A stretch of DNA of 64,000 bases from a virus, in IMG/VR virus record IMGVR_UViG_3300037461_000951, positions 1 through 64,000 of that record. One strand, 5' to 3'. The position numbers and the translations under genes are program-made. Numbering within the stretch: the stretch's first letter is position 1; each line of letters opens with the position of its first letter. The notes under the pieces were generated by a model that saw nothing but the letters and a program-made list of their open reading frames with translations, made no database searches and was not told where the DNA came from. Positions 31,326 to 41,452 of this stretch are shown in pieces.

Positions 31326-32393
31326 TTATAAAGGTTTTGGTGCAATTAAGTGAATGAAATTTTCTGCTTGTAAAATAATCACATGAGATTGAAAGGTAAT
31401 CTTTTTACAAATCTTAAATCCCCGTAATAAGTAATTAGGATCTACAGCAAAAGTAAATTGCCCTAAATCGGTGGGCAATTGAAAACTGTCATGACAAGTG
31501 CCCACTTGCGAAACTGTTTTGACATCCAATTCATCTCCATCTACGGTAAATGTGGTGGTGGTAATTCCAGATTGAGGATCTAAAAAGATCGTATGTCGAT
31601 TGACAATCGATTCCAATTCTAATGGTATATCCCATAAATCCAGTTCACTGACATTTGGACAAAACTTACTGACAGTCTCTTCGTACTTGGGGGCTTTACG
31701 ATCAATAACTCTAGTAAAAATCTGATTATCACTTAAATTCGCAATGGCCCATTGTTTGGAAAACTGCATGGGAACATTGGATTCTTTTCCTGCTAAAGGT
31801 GCATGTAATGCACTTAATTGAGTGCAAAAAAACGAAGGCAGAATCACTTGTACTTCTTCGGTGGGTTTAATTGGAAAGGTGTCATTTAATTTAAACTGAC
31901 TGATCGTATCCCCATCACTGGAATACAAACATAAAGAATCACTAGACATGATTAAATTGATCCCGTTAAATTCAGGTCTAGTTGGATTAGCCCCGACATT
32001 GGATAAACATTTTTTAATGCCTTCAATACAAACAGCCGGAAGTTCAATGGGAGCTTCTTTCAATTCTGGAAGTTTAAAAACAAACTCTTCCAAAGGCAAC
32101 ATGGGCAATTTCGTTTTATTGCGGCCACAAATCACATTGACATGTGAATCTGTCTTTGCTTTTTCAATTTCTACTTCTTCATTCTTTAATGTGTTTAATA
32201 AACGAATCAACAAATTACCTGGAATGGTACACTGCAATCCCGTTGTTAAAGATAATTTACACGCTGTAATATCGTTATATGCCGTGACGGTATCATTATC
32301 AAAAGCAAAATGTTGAAGTACTGCAATGAAATCTTGCGTAGCTAAGAAATTTTTAGCTTGATCTAAAGTAATTTTTAACGTATTTAAATTCAT
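31326..32393 (-). CDS. dnaN: DNA sliding clamp, beta (DnaN)-like
   Basis: 355 aa; IPG..L..LL, RP..NGI, SSDG, TRVID...P.YE match the beta-clamp pattern; clamp loader nearby. Confidence 0.8.
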   Translation of the reverse strand: MNLNTLKITLDQAKNFLATQDFIAVLQHFAFDNDTVTAYNDITACKLSLTTGLQCTIPGNLLIRLLNTLKNEEVEIEKAKTDSHVNVICGRNKTKLPMLPLEEFVFKLPELKEAPIELPAVCIEGIKKCLSNVGANPTRPEFNGINLIMSSDSLCLYSSDGDTISQFKLNDTFPIKPTEEVQVILPSFFCTQLSALHAPLAGKESNVPMQFSKQWAIANLSDNQIFTRVIDRKAPKYEETVSKFCPNVSELDLWDIPLELESIVNRHTIFLDPQSGITTTTFTVDGDELDVKTVSQVGTCHDSFQLPTDLGQFTFAVDPNYLLRGFKICKKITFQSHVIILQAENFIHLIAPKPL

Positions 32394-33892
32394 TAGAAGA
32401 ATCCATTTTTAGGTGGGAGTTTGGTGACGTTGTCCGCATATACCTGTTCATTTTTCAATCGAAGAACTGCTTTGATTTCAGGTTCTTGCGTCAAATACGG
32501 TTCGATGCGTTGTTGTGACAATTCTTTAACAATATTTTGAGCAACGGCTGTTAATGGCAATGCTCCATACTGAGAAACATCTACAGTATTTTTTACTGTG
32601 TAGGTTACTGTTAATTCTAGTTCAATTGGAGGTCGTTTGATGATTAACGGCTTACGCACCACTTTTGGTTTATCGACTGTATTTTTAACATACACGGTAG
32701 ATTTACGAACTTTACTGGCTTGCTTTTCATTCCAATGTTCTTTCCAACATTGTTGATTCAACCAAGCTTGAGTTAAAATACGCACATTTTCAGCATGTTG
32801 TGGATATACAGGTGTGACTAGCCAATTGATATTATCAATTTTAATATCATGCATCAAACGAATAAGCCGACTTCTGTTCGTTCCCGCACCAGATGCCGTT
32901 CCGGCAAAATAAATATTTCCACCTTCTTCATAATCAAAACGTTCTTTGTACCATTTTTTTGCATGAAGTTGGATGTTATTGAATAACCGAATATTCGCAA
33001 CATCTCGCCAATGATATGAATCTTTAATAGCATCTACATTGATGTTATTAATATCTAAATAATGTTGAACATAAAAACGGGCTGTTTCACCGAGATTGTC
33101 AATGTAGTGTGGTTCAACATCTCGGCGTCGAGTCACGGGAATGACTTTATACATATTTAGATAATCATAATCTACTAATTCCGTTCCATTTAAAATGGGT
33201 TTGGGAACTAAAAGACTCCCCACTCGCGCCATGTATGTCCAAGTACTTTGATCCGCTGAATACCACGGATACATCTTAATAATTTCTGGAGCACCCATAG
33301 CAAAACCATGAACCTTGCATTTTGGTTTTCCATGAGAATCACACACCACTTTAAAACATGCATCACCAAAAGGTTTAAATTTGGCTTTTACAATATCTTG
33401 TCCAAGACCTGAAATTCCAATGTAATCATATTTTTCAACCATGCGTTCTAACCAGTGAATATCTTCACCGTTATGAAACACGGGCATGGGCATTAAACCA
33501 CAACTTTCGATGTACTCAGTAATTTTCCAACTTTCTTCCGGGTTGTTAATAATATCTAACGTGACATAAAATTTATATAAATCTTTAAACTCATGACAAT
33601 GCGCAATATAGTTATCCAAAAACTTTTTAAATTCTTTAGTTTTGATGTAACTGTAATCTGCATTAATTCGTGCTTGACTGGAAATTTTATCGCCCACTAC
33701 GAAATGTTCTTTATATAAAGAGTGAGCACCACTATCGGTACTGACGACAAATTCTTTAAAAACAATGTCATCTTCAGGATATTGATAAAGTTCTTCGGCA
33801 TCAGTAAGTTCTTGCGAAAGATTTTTCCATTTTAAATTTTGAAGATTGGATTGCTTTCTTTTGTATTTTTCTAATTGAACATTAAAACTCAT
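32393..33892 (-). CDS. dpdA: DpdA-like (TGT-family) deazaguanine DNA transglycosylase
   Basis: DSGAHS, LDII, PVFH.GE, YIGISG, VHGF, PWYSAD.STW; FolE and QueD-like genes nearby. Confidence 0.75.
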   Translation of the reverse strand: MSFNVQLEKYKRKQSNLQNLKWKNLSQELTDAEELYQYPEDDIVFKEFVVSTDSGAHSLYKEHFVVGDKISSQARINADYSYIKTKEFKKFLDNYIAHCHEFKDLYKFYVTLDIINNPEESWKITEYIESCGLMPMPVFHNGEDIHWLERMVEKYDYIGISGLGQDIVKAKFKPFGDACFKVVCDSHGKPKCKVHGFAMGAPEIIKMYPWYSADQSTWTYMARVGSLLVPKPILNGTELVDYDYLNMYKVIPVTRRRDVEPHYIDNLGETARFYVQHYLDINNINVDAIKDSYHWRDVANIRLFNNIQLHAKKWYKERFDYEEGGNIYFAGTASGAGTNRSRLIRLMHDIKIDNINWLVTPVYPQHAENVRILTQAWLNQQCWKEHWNEKQASKVRKSTVYVKNTVDKPKVVRKPLIIKRPPIELELTVTYTVKNTVDVSQYGALPLTAVAQNIVKELSQQRIEPYLTQEPEIKAVLRLKNEQVYADNVTKLPPKNGFF

Positions 33893-34129
33893 GATGCATT
33901 TCCACTTAATCGGGAGTTGATTGATAAGACATTGTTGTCCAACGAGTGATGGACAACACGGTTAATTTATCATTTTGTTGATCTGAAGATAATTGAACTT
34001 GTCCACTGAGTTGGATACGTTCTCCATTTAAAAAGAATTTAATCAATTCTTTTTCAAGCTCACTGGATATACGAACAGCACCCACGACTTCATTGAGATT
34101 GAAGTCTCTGATTAATGGAACTGTTCTAT

Positions 34130-35107
34130 TCATAATACTTTTAACTTTAAAATTTCATTTAAGATATTTTGATGTAAATTATGTGGAGAGCGAGCATAAC
34201 ATGCTTGACAGGTCATTGGTAAGTCATGATCTTCACGATGTTTAATTCTAAATTCTTTTACTTTGTCGCTGTTCCAAATGTCCTTCAACGACTGTTCGTG
34301 CAAGTTGCCGTATACCATGTCCGGTTCATCATTAAACGCCATGCAGCACGGCACTACAGCCCCATTTGCTTTAATGCTGACGCTATACCATGGGTTAGTA
34401 CAAAGCTCCGTAAAACGGCGATTTAGGGTATTTGCTTGCGTATCTTTAACAGTCCGAATTCGCGTACTTTTTCGACTGAGATAAAATTCACCATTCGAAG
34501 ACATCCAGCCAAATTCTTTTGCTACTTTTTTGAAAGTATTAATTTGCTCTTCAAACCCATCAAACTCAATGAATTGAAAATCGATGACTGGAAAAAAAGA
34601 AATACCACGATAATCTAATACTAGATTAATGTTTAAAATTAATCGATCCCAATTACCCCCTAAACGATATTGTTCATACAATTCGGGAGTTCCAGCATCT
34701 ACTGAAATTGTCACATAATGGCTATTGAGTGCCGCATCTAATACGTGTTTTTGATGTAAAAGATTTCCATGCGTGGAAAATCCCACAAACACTTTCTTTT
34801 TTAAGAGTTGAACATATTCATTTAAACGTTTGTTGAGTGTGGGTTCACCACGAAATTGTAATTCGATAAATGAACTGCCATCTAAATCTCGTTCTACAAT
34901 CGTTTTAAATAATGCATCATCAATGTATGCATCACCCGAATAAGGGGTATCTCGTATACCAGTCTGACAAAATTGACATTTAAAATTACAACGAGACATC
35001 ACTTCAATTTGATAAATGGATGGCAATTCTGGAATCCAAGATTCCAATAATTTATCACTGTTAGCAATACGTTGTTTCGTATCTAACGAAATGGGAATTA
35101 TTTTCAT
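34130..35107 (-). CDS. radical SAM protein with SPASM/twitch domain
   Basis: CNFKCQFC; GEPTL; C..PW....I..NG.V.PCC...GNL....L.DIWN...C..C. Confidence 0.9.
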   Translation of the reverse strand: MKIIPISLDTKQRIANSDKLLESWIPELPSIYQIEVMSRCNFKCQFCQTGIRDTPYSGDAYIDDALFKTIVERDLDGSSFIELQFRGEPTLNKRLNEYVQLLKKKVFVGFSTHGNLLHQKHVLDAALNSHYVTISVDAGTPELYEQYRLGGNWDRLILNINLVLDYRGISFFPVIDFQFIEFDGFEEQINTFKKVAKEFGWMSSNGEFYLSRKSTRIRTVKDTQANTLNRRFTELCTNPWYSVSIKANGAVVPCCMAFNDEPDMVYGNLHEQSLKDIWNSDKVKEFRIKHREDHDLPMTCQACYARSPHNLHQNILNEILKLKVL

Positions 35108-35408
35108 GTTATTTGTATATGGGAAATGTGCTACTGATTTCCGCAATCACAGAATAATCTTTATTAGTTTCTAATAACATTTTTATGATGGGCTGTGTAC
35201 TGTTGAGTGCCAACGCTTTCATTTTAGCTTGCTTTACCGACGTGGCAAAGATATTTCCTATATAAATTTTATCAGATTGAGTTGTGATAAAAACATCGTA
35301 TTCTCGAATACTAGATTCCATTTGAAGTCCTTAAAAAGAATGTGTCGTGGATGGTCACACGACACATTAAAATGACAACACCTTGCGTGTTGTCGGGATC
35401 ATGACATA

Positions 35409-36515
35409 CTATTCAAAATCTCTTATAGATAATCCGACTGGAAAAATTGGAACACCATCTTCAGATTTTTCTTGAAAACGAACAGTTAACATTTGTCCCA
35501 CATATTCATTCAAATTATCCAAGTAATCTTTTCGTTCATCCCAAGTGCCTTTGGGTCGGACATTGAATGTAAGTCCAGATTTAGTTTTACATTCAAATAT
35601 CACGGTTCCCTCATCACGGCCTTGTGCTGAACGACCTCCAATAATTTCAAATTCTTCATCTAAAAAATCTTTATATTTTAATAAATCGTAACTTCTACGA
35701 TCTGGTTTATACATTCCATGACGAGATCGAATCATTGTTCCTTCGTACCCGTCAATTAAATTTCGTTGATGGTAGCGTTTTAATTGAACTTCAGATTCCA
35801 AAAGATAAGTGGGTACGATTTTAATATGATCTGTATCATTACGCTCTTTTAAAAATGCTAAACGTGCATCGTAACAAACTTTTGGAAGAACTACATCGTA
35901 AATCCAATATTGCAGTGGATTGTCTTCAATATTTGATCGTGAAGTTTTGACTCTTTTAACTCGACGAATTATTTCTTGAAATCCCAAGTCGGGGTTAAAT
36001 GCTTCACCGTCCAGTATTGTACCACTGGGAAAAAGATTTTTCAAGTCATCATCCCAATGACTGAATGTTTCGTAAGTTTTACCTTTTCTGGAAATATACA
36101 AAACTGTGTCGTTTTCAATGAATGCTAAACATCTTACGCCATTAAGTTTAGACTGTCCATAAGCAGGCCAAACGATTTTATGTTTGTGATCTACATACTT
36201 GTGCGCCAACATGGGTAACAATTGTTTATCATCATTCACATTCTGACGATAATTTTCTAACTGTTTTTTCTCCCATTTAGACTTAGCTTCGGACAATGCT
36301 TGTTCGTATGGAGTTGTTTGATTGCTTCGTCCGATATTTTTACCATGCAAAATCTTTAACATGGTCGTTTGTTTTTTACCATCTCCATAACCAAAAACCG
36401 TGACAATGGTGGGAATGTTATCGATCCATTGAACAGAAATAGACCATTCTATAATTTTTCGTACTTCTGTTTCATTGTACAGAGTAGGAAAAAAGTAAGG
36501 TTTATTTTCGTTCAT
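35409..36515 (-). CDS. ATP-dependent DNA ligase
   Basis: PMLA, KLNGVRC, SRKGK, LDGE, EG.MIR, LLKYK, FP.G...RD. Confidence 0.92.
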   Translation of the reverse strand: MNENKPYFFPTLYNETEVRKIIEWSISVQWIDNIPTIVTVFGYGDGKKQTTMLKILHGKNIGRSNQTTPYEQALSEAKSKWEKKQLENYRQNVNDDKQLLPMLAHKYVDHKHKIVWPAYGQSKLNGVRCLAFIENDTVLYISRKGKTYETFSHWDDDLKNLFPSGTILDGEAFNPDLGFQEIIRRVKRVKTSRSNIEDNPLQYWIYDVVLPKVCYDARLAFLKERNDTDHIKIVPTYLLESEVQLKRYHQRNLIDGYEGTMIRSRHGMYKPDRRSYDLLKYKDFLDEEFEIIGGRSAQGRDEGTVIFECKTKSGLTFNVRPKGTWDERKDYLDNLNEYVGQMLTVRFQEKSEDGVPIFPVGLSIRDFE

Positions 36516-36880
36516 TCATCATTCTCCACAATGGCTCCCATTTCACCATCTTCCAATACCTGAACCCAATAGCACTCATCGGGTTGATATTTTTGAAGTA
36601 ATAAATTAGCCAACATTTCACAAGAATAACTATTGATATTAGTGAGATGTGAATTGCTACACCGTACAAAATAGTTTTGTAAAAAATAATCTACTTTTTG
36701 TTTAAAGTCAATAAACTCAATATCTCGATCTGAATGGGATACACTAAATCTTAACTCAATATGAAAAAGATGTCTATGTGGATTTTTTAAATATTGAGAA
36801 GGATGATCTGATGGAATATTTTTCCAACTGTGGAGTGCTTCAAGTTGTGTTTTGACAATAATAGATTGTTTCATGTGCAA
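36512..36880 (-). CDS. queD: QueD/6-pyruvoyltetrahydropterin synthase-like T-fold protein
   Basis: H.W, HRHLFH, DIEF, SCEMLA, V.EDGE.GA. Confidence 0.7.
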   Translation of the reverse strand: MHMKQSIIVKTQLEALHSWKNIPSDHPSQYLKNPHRHLFHIELRFSVSHSDRDIEFIDFKQKVDYFLQNYFVRCSNSHLTNINSYSCEMLANLLLQKYQPDECYWVQVLEDGEMGAIVENDE

Positions 36881-36882
36881 CC

Positions 36883-37239
36883 TTAATGTAAGTGATTTTT
36901 TGCTTTAGAATCTTCAAAGACTTCATTTAACGTACTTTCCAATAAATTTTTAAGATTATTAGAAAGTTCCGACATCAACCGACTGTCTTTTGACAGTTCA
37001 TCAAGAAACTCCAATGTGTTATGTAATCGAATGAACCATTCTTTGGCAGGTTCTTCTTGATCTATTAGTAGTTTAATTTGTTCATCAGGTTCTTGATACT
37101 GAAGAACTGACCAGTTAGGAAATTTATTTAAATGAACCAATCCCTCTTTATGGGCAATGACCATGTAAATTCCTAAATCATGTGTATCACAAAAGTCTAC
37201 GCAAGTATCACAAAAAGTTTTTAATAATTCTTCATTCAT
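36883..37239 (-). CDS. hypothetical protein
   Basis: Between the glycosyltransferase and queD. Confidence 0.5.
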   Translation of the reverse strand: MNEELLKTFCDTCVDFCDTHDLGIYMVIAHKEGLVHLNKFPNWSVLQYQEPDEQIKLLIDQEEPAKEWFIRLHNTLEFLDELSKDSRLMSELSNNLKNLLESTLNEVFEDSKAKNHLH

Positions 37240-38311
37240 TACAAATCTCCACACAAATCTCCACACAAATCTTTAATATGTTAAAAATAGCTTGTTCGCC
37301 TTTCCATTGTACCTCACGCATAAAAAATTGTAATTTTTCTTGGTACATTTCGTAATTAGTTAAAACTTGTCGTAAAAGAATCGAAGCGTTGTACACTAAA
37401 TATTCAATTTTAGAATCTTCTTCAATACCGATTGGATATTTAAATTCTGCTGGATATAATTCTTTGTATGAAAGTTTATTGGGAACAATGGGAATGCAAC
37501 CACATAAAACAGATTCAAGCATTGAAATTCCGAACGTCTCTTGGTCAGCAAACGATACAGCAACTTTGGATCTATTTAATAAAGCATAGTACTCGGATTT
37601 AGTATGAGCGACTTCTTTTGTTTTAATAAAAGTCCAATCATAAAAATCTGTAGCACGACCTTTACACAACTCATCAAAATATTCTGGATTTTTTTCTTGA
37701 GCCAAGCGATGAGGAAATACAATGATGTTTTCTTTTTTTACAGGTTTTACAAAATCAGGATAAATCGGTAATCCGGTGACACGAATTTTATTTTTTAATA
37801 TATCTTTATTAGCCCATCTTTCAATACTTTTAATAATCAAGTCTTTATGAAATTGGGTTCCAACACAAATAGCGTCTAAGATTTTACACCAGGCCAATTC
37901 ACACGGTTGTCCCCATGAACGCATTCCTGCTTTCGTAATAAAATCGTATTGATCCCATGTACCGGCATGAAAAATGCCTACGATTTTAAAAGGAATGTGT
38001 AAAGCATCCCGTAAATATGCCAGCATTTCTAAACCCGGAAACCATGCATCAGCAATTAAAAATACAGTATCTTTTTTAATTTGTTGTTCACGAAATAATG
38101 AACAAATCCAACGAAGTTGCTCGCTTTTAAATTCTAATGTTCCAATGACATCTAAAAATTCACCTGTTTGAATTTTAGCGTCTATTCCACAAAGAGGTAA
38201 TACATGCAAGACATCAATTGCAAATTTCTTAAATTCAGCATCAAACCAGTGAAACCATTGCTTACTATACCGCTCTTCTAACAATTCAATGGGAACATGG
38301 ATTAAGTTCAT
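37232..38311 (-). CDS. GT4-type (GT-B) glycosyltransferase
   Basis: FPHR...EK, ETFGISMLE...GC.P.VP....Y.E. Confidence 0.85.
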   Translation of the reverse strand: MNLIHVPIELLEERYSKQWFHWFDAEFKKFAIDVLHVLPLCGIDAKIQTGEFLDVIGTLEFKSEQLRWICSLFREQQIKKDTVFLIADAWFPGLEMLAYLRDALHIPFKIVGIFHAGTWDQYDFITKAGMRSWGQPCELAWCKILDAICVGTQFHKDLIIKSIERWANKDILKNKIRVTGLPIYPDFVKPVKKENIIVFPHRLAQEKNPEYFDELCKGRATDFYDWTFIKTKEVAHTKSEYYALLNRSKVAVSFADQETFGISMLESVLCGCIPIVPNKLSYKELYPAEFKYPIGIEEDSKIEYLVYNASILLRQVLTNYEMYQEKLQFFMREVQWKGEQAIFNILKICVEICVEICNE

Positions 38312-38595
38312 AGTTTTCTTCTCCAAATAAAAAATCCACCACAAGAATTTGCCGATTTGCCGATTTGATATTTGGATGCAGGTGTCCATGGAGTTCCAAA
38401 AGCACCCAAGGTTTCGTCGCCTTCTTGTATTAATTCTTCGTTATTTAATCTTCGATAACCTTCTTCATCACCTAAAGATTTAAGTGAAATACATTCAGAA
38501 AAAACATCTGACATATTCTCAGGAATTCCTTCTATGAGTTGCATTCCATCCTTAATTCCTTTTGCCATTGCTTGAATAGCTAATTCTATATTCAT
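38308..38595 (-). CDS. hypothetical protein
   Basis: Coupled to the glycosyltransferase; AGGTATA motif upstream. Confidence 0.45.
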   Translation of the reverse strand: MNIELAIQAMAKGIKDGMQLIEGIPENMSDVFSECISLKSLGDEEGYRRLNNEELIQEGDETLGAFGTPWTPASKYQIGKSANSCGGFFIWRRKL

Positions 38596-38677
38596 ATCTA
38601 GTACTCTTTAAAAAAGTAGTATTATTTCTAATACTACTTTTAACACAACAATAGAGGAAATAGCTTTTATTTATACC

Positions 38678-39250
38678 TTACGGCATGTTTTCAAACTCCT
38701 GAATCAAACTGGATGTTTGATGGAACACGCCAGTAATCGAAGAAGTGGACATCCACGTATCGGCTTTTTTAATTCCACGAACAATCATGCAATGATGTCT
38801 TCCTTTGACTTGAGCAATGACTCCTTTGGGTTGGAGGGTTCGTTCCAAGTAATTGACAATATCCATGGTTAAATCTTCTTGCAGTACGGGTCGTTGTGCC
38901 AATAATTCCACGACTCGGGGAATTTTACTAGCTCCCAATACTTTTTCACCTGGAAGATATCCTACATTCACCACGTAATCTACTGGTAGAAAATGATGAG
39001 GGCATGTTCCCCACACCTGAATATTTTTAATCGCCACAATACCCGAATACACCGAGGGAAATGTTTTTGTGATATGATCTTCTAATTTATTCAGATCACC
39101 ATCTAACAATCCCGCAAAAATCTCAGTATACATTCGGGCAATACGTTCTGGTGTTTCGGTGAAGTTGGGATCGTTTTCATAATCGATTCCCAAAGCTTCT
39201 AAAACGAATTGCCACGCAGATACTAATTTAAATTTATCGAAGGTTTTCAT
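38678..39250 (-). CDS. folE: GTP cyclohydrolase I
   Basis: ETPERIARMY, CPHHFLP, G.SK..R, R..LQE, H.CM..RG. Confidence 0.95.
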   Translation of the reverse strand: MKTFDKFKLVSAWQFVLEALGIDYENDPNFTETPERIARMYTEIFAGLLDGDLNKLEDHITKTFPSVYSGIVAIKNIQVWGTCPHHFLPVDYVVNVGYLPGEKVLGASKIPRVVELLAQRPVLQEDLTMDIVNYLERTLQPKGVIAQVKGRHHCMIVRGIKKADTWMSTSSITGVFHQTSSLIQEFENMP

Positions 39251-40158
39251 TCAGCCGCCTCAAAAGCCGTTAACGGTTCAGTATTCTCTACGATGGGTTG
39301 TTTGAGAATTTCCAATTGTTTGATAGCGGCTTCACCCGTCCAACATTTCCATTCTTGTTCGGTCATGTAGTCAATAAAATCTTTCACCGTTTCCAATTTG
39401 TCCAATTCCACCAATACAAAATTTTGAGCTTTAAGATTTTGTGTGAGCTTGCGACGATGCCCTTTACTGGGGGTTGCTACCGTCACAATTTTACCGTTCA
39501 TTTCCTTACGAACGACTTTCTTCTCACTGTTGGGATCATCTTTAGCGACAACCTTCTCAATCTCAACCCGTAACTTTTCAACCGTCCAGTTTTTAGCAAC
39601 GGCATGTTTAGCCAATTCTGTTTGCTTCCCTTCTTCAGTAACCGCTAACAAAGCCGTGGCTTTTGAACGATCTAAAGCACCCGTTTGAATCAATGCCGTT
39701 ACATCTTTATTCAAGCGAGTTAAACGAACCACATTGGCAATGTAACTACGAGATTTACCTAACCGCTTCGCTACTTGATCTTGAGTTAAGGAAAAATGAT
39801 CCATCAATTGATTGAGTGCAATGGCTTCTTCCATTGGATTTAAATCTTGACGTTGCAAATTTTCCGTAATAGCGGCTTCTTGCGAAGCTTCATCTGTCAT
39901 TTCCTTGACTATGGCACGGATTTTATCTTTTCCTAAAATTTCTTTTGTTGCTCTCCATCGCCGTTCACCCGCAATCAATTCATACTCACAACCACTGGGT
40001 AAATCGGAAGCTTTTCTCACAGTAATGGGTTGAATCAACCCTTGATTTTCAATACTTTCAGCCAGTTCTTCTAGTTCTTTAACTTTGAATTCTTTACGTG
40101 GTTGATAACGATTTGGGGCAATCTTATCGCACGGCAAGTAAACCAATTGTTCAGTCAT
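39247..40158 (-). CDS. parB: ParB/Spo0J-family CTPase with HTH
   Basis: PN.YQPR..F, LIQPI.VR, IAGERRWRA, ENLQR.DL, HTH TQ..VA..LGKSRSYIAN. Confidence 0.92.
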   Translation of the reverse strand: MTEQLVYLPCDKIAPNRYQPRKEFKVKELEELAESIENQGLIQPITVRKASDLPSGCEYELIAGERRWRATKEILGKDKIRAIVKEMTDEASQEAAITENLQRQDLNPMEEAIALNQLMDHFSLTQDQVAKRLGKSRSYIANVVRLTRLNKDVTALIQTGALDRSKATALLAVTEEGKQTELAKHAVAKNWTVEKLRVEIEKVVAKDDPNSEKKVVRKEMNGKIVTVATPSKGHRRKLTQNLKAQNFVLVELDKLETVKDFIDYMTEQEWKCWTGEAAIKQLEILKQPIVENTEPLTAFEAAE

Positions 40159-40208
40159 TTTAAAGTACTCTTGTGTGGGACGTTATGGTAAAAGTATAGT
40201 TCGTGAAT

Positions 40209-40242
40209 TATTTTACATGAAACAAGTGTTTCACGTCAAGTT
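40209..40242. promoter_or_regulatory. two degenerate parS-like sites overlapping a putative parB promoter
   Basis: TATTTTACATGAAACA (13/16) and TGTTTCACGTCAAGTT (12/16) vs TGTTTCACGTGAAACA; minus strand reads TTGACG-18-TAAAAT. Confidence 0.5.
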
Positions 40243-40677
40243 TTATTTAACCCACAATACAAAATACTCTTCTAATACCCAACGTGGATAAGCTCTTGTT
40301 GGAAAACGATTCGCACCTAAATGATGAATGACTTTAATTCTAATTCTTTCAGTATGACATCTAGTGAGTATTTCACGTTCTGCTTGCACTAATAAATTTT
40401 TGGTAATGGGATACCGATGATAATTAACGAAATGTTGTATGGTTAAATACTCTTCCTCACTCATAAAAGTGAACCTTCTAAATTTTCTTTAAATTTAAAT
40501 TCCAATGAAGAATGAACGGTACTGATTAAATCAGAAGCTGAAATTAATGCCGCTTTATCGTTTTCATCAAAGTGTGGACTTGGAAGAATCCATTCATCTA
40601 AAATCTGCAACATTAACTGAAGTTGATGTTTCGTGGATAAAAATGACTCTAATTCATTTTTCATAATAAGCCCATGA

Positions 40678-40702
40678 AATAGCCCCCAAAAAGGGGGCTA
40701 TT
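40678..40702 (-). terminator. intrinsic terminator
   Basis: AATAGCCCCC-AAAAA-GGGGGCTATT hairpin after the 40716-41369 gene. Confidence 0.7.
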
Positions 40703-40715
40703 TATATTTACAAAC

Positions 40716-41369
40716 TTATGCGGTCGTCAATACCACAGTACCTGCATTCGAAACAGTTCCCATTTGAATAGCGACTTCAAATGCACGAACCGTATTCAGA
40801 TGCACGACTTGAGCACTAGAGCGCTGCATAACAACACCGCGCTCTTCCAACTTCACCATTAATTGATCCAATGAAGTACTCATATCTTCGCACATGATTT
40901 CACGCACGGCATTGGCGGCAATTGGACCTTTAGGTTCTTTGGGCGCTTTGGGTGGCTTGGGTTCAGAACTGGGCTTACGTCCCCGCTTTTTGGGTTCAGG
41001 CTTTTCTTCAGTTTCTTCCTCACCCTCTTCAGCTTCTTCAGTTTCTTCCTCACCTTCTTCAACTTCTATTTCAGCCTTTTTAACCGCTTTAGGCGGCTTA
41101 TGAGCCTTAGCCTTAACCTTTTTAACTTCAGACTTCTTGGTTTCAACAGACCCTGGAATATCCGTAAACTCCACTTCGCTTTCACTGTCCGTCAACATAT
41201 CGGCGGTTTTATTGTACCAATCTTGCAATTCTGTAGGAAGATCATTCCATCCCGATTCGGGCAAGTTTTGAATTTGAAAAGCGACGCGCTGCAAAAATAC
41301 ATCACGAGCTTCATCTTCTTCTTGAACGATTTCAAGAACTTCCGTTACATATTCAAATGCATTAGTCAT
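40716..41369 (-). CDS. acidic/Lys-rich protein, possibly DNA-binding
   Basis: EEGEEETEE duplicated, KKRGRKP AT-hook-like segment; own promoter and terminator. Confidence 0.6.
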   Translation of the reverse strand: MTNAFEYVTEVLEIVQEEDEARDVFLQRVAFQIQNLPESGWNDLPTELQDWYNKTADMLTDSESEVEFTDIPGSVETKKSEVKKVKAKAHKPPKAVKKAEIEVEEGEEETEEAEEGEEETEEKPEPKKRGRKPSSEPKPPKAPKEPKGPIAANAVREIMCEDMSTSLDQLMVKLEERGVVMQRSSAQVVHLNTVRAFEVAIQMGTVSNAGTVVLTTA

Positions 41370-41452
41370 TGTAGGACACCTTAATTAACGTCAATAAAAT
41401 TGTTGGGGTTGATAATTCAACCCATGTAAACATACCTGACTTCAACTCTAGT

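Noticed and set aside
34130-35107. Calling the radical SAM protein QueE
   Set aside because: It has a C-terminal SPASM/twitch Cys cluster and lacks QueE N-terminal motifs (QGEG)
36130-36160. Ligase KLNG instead of KxDG as a sign of an RNA ligase
   Set aside because: All other motifs and the C-terminal OB domain match ATP-dependent DNA ligases
37241-37272. 12-bp tandem repeat (ICVEICVEIC) at the glycosyltransferase end as a phase-variation tract
   Set aside because: In-frame unit at the extreme C-terminus; copy change would not switch expression
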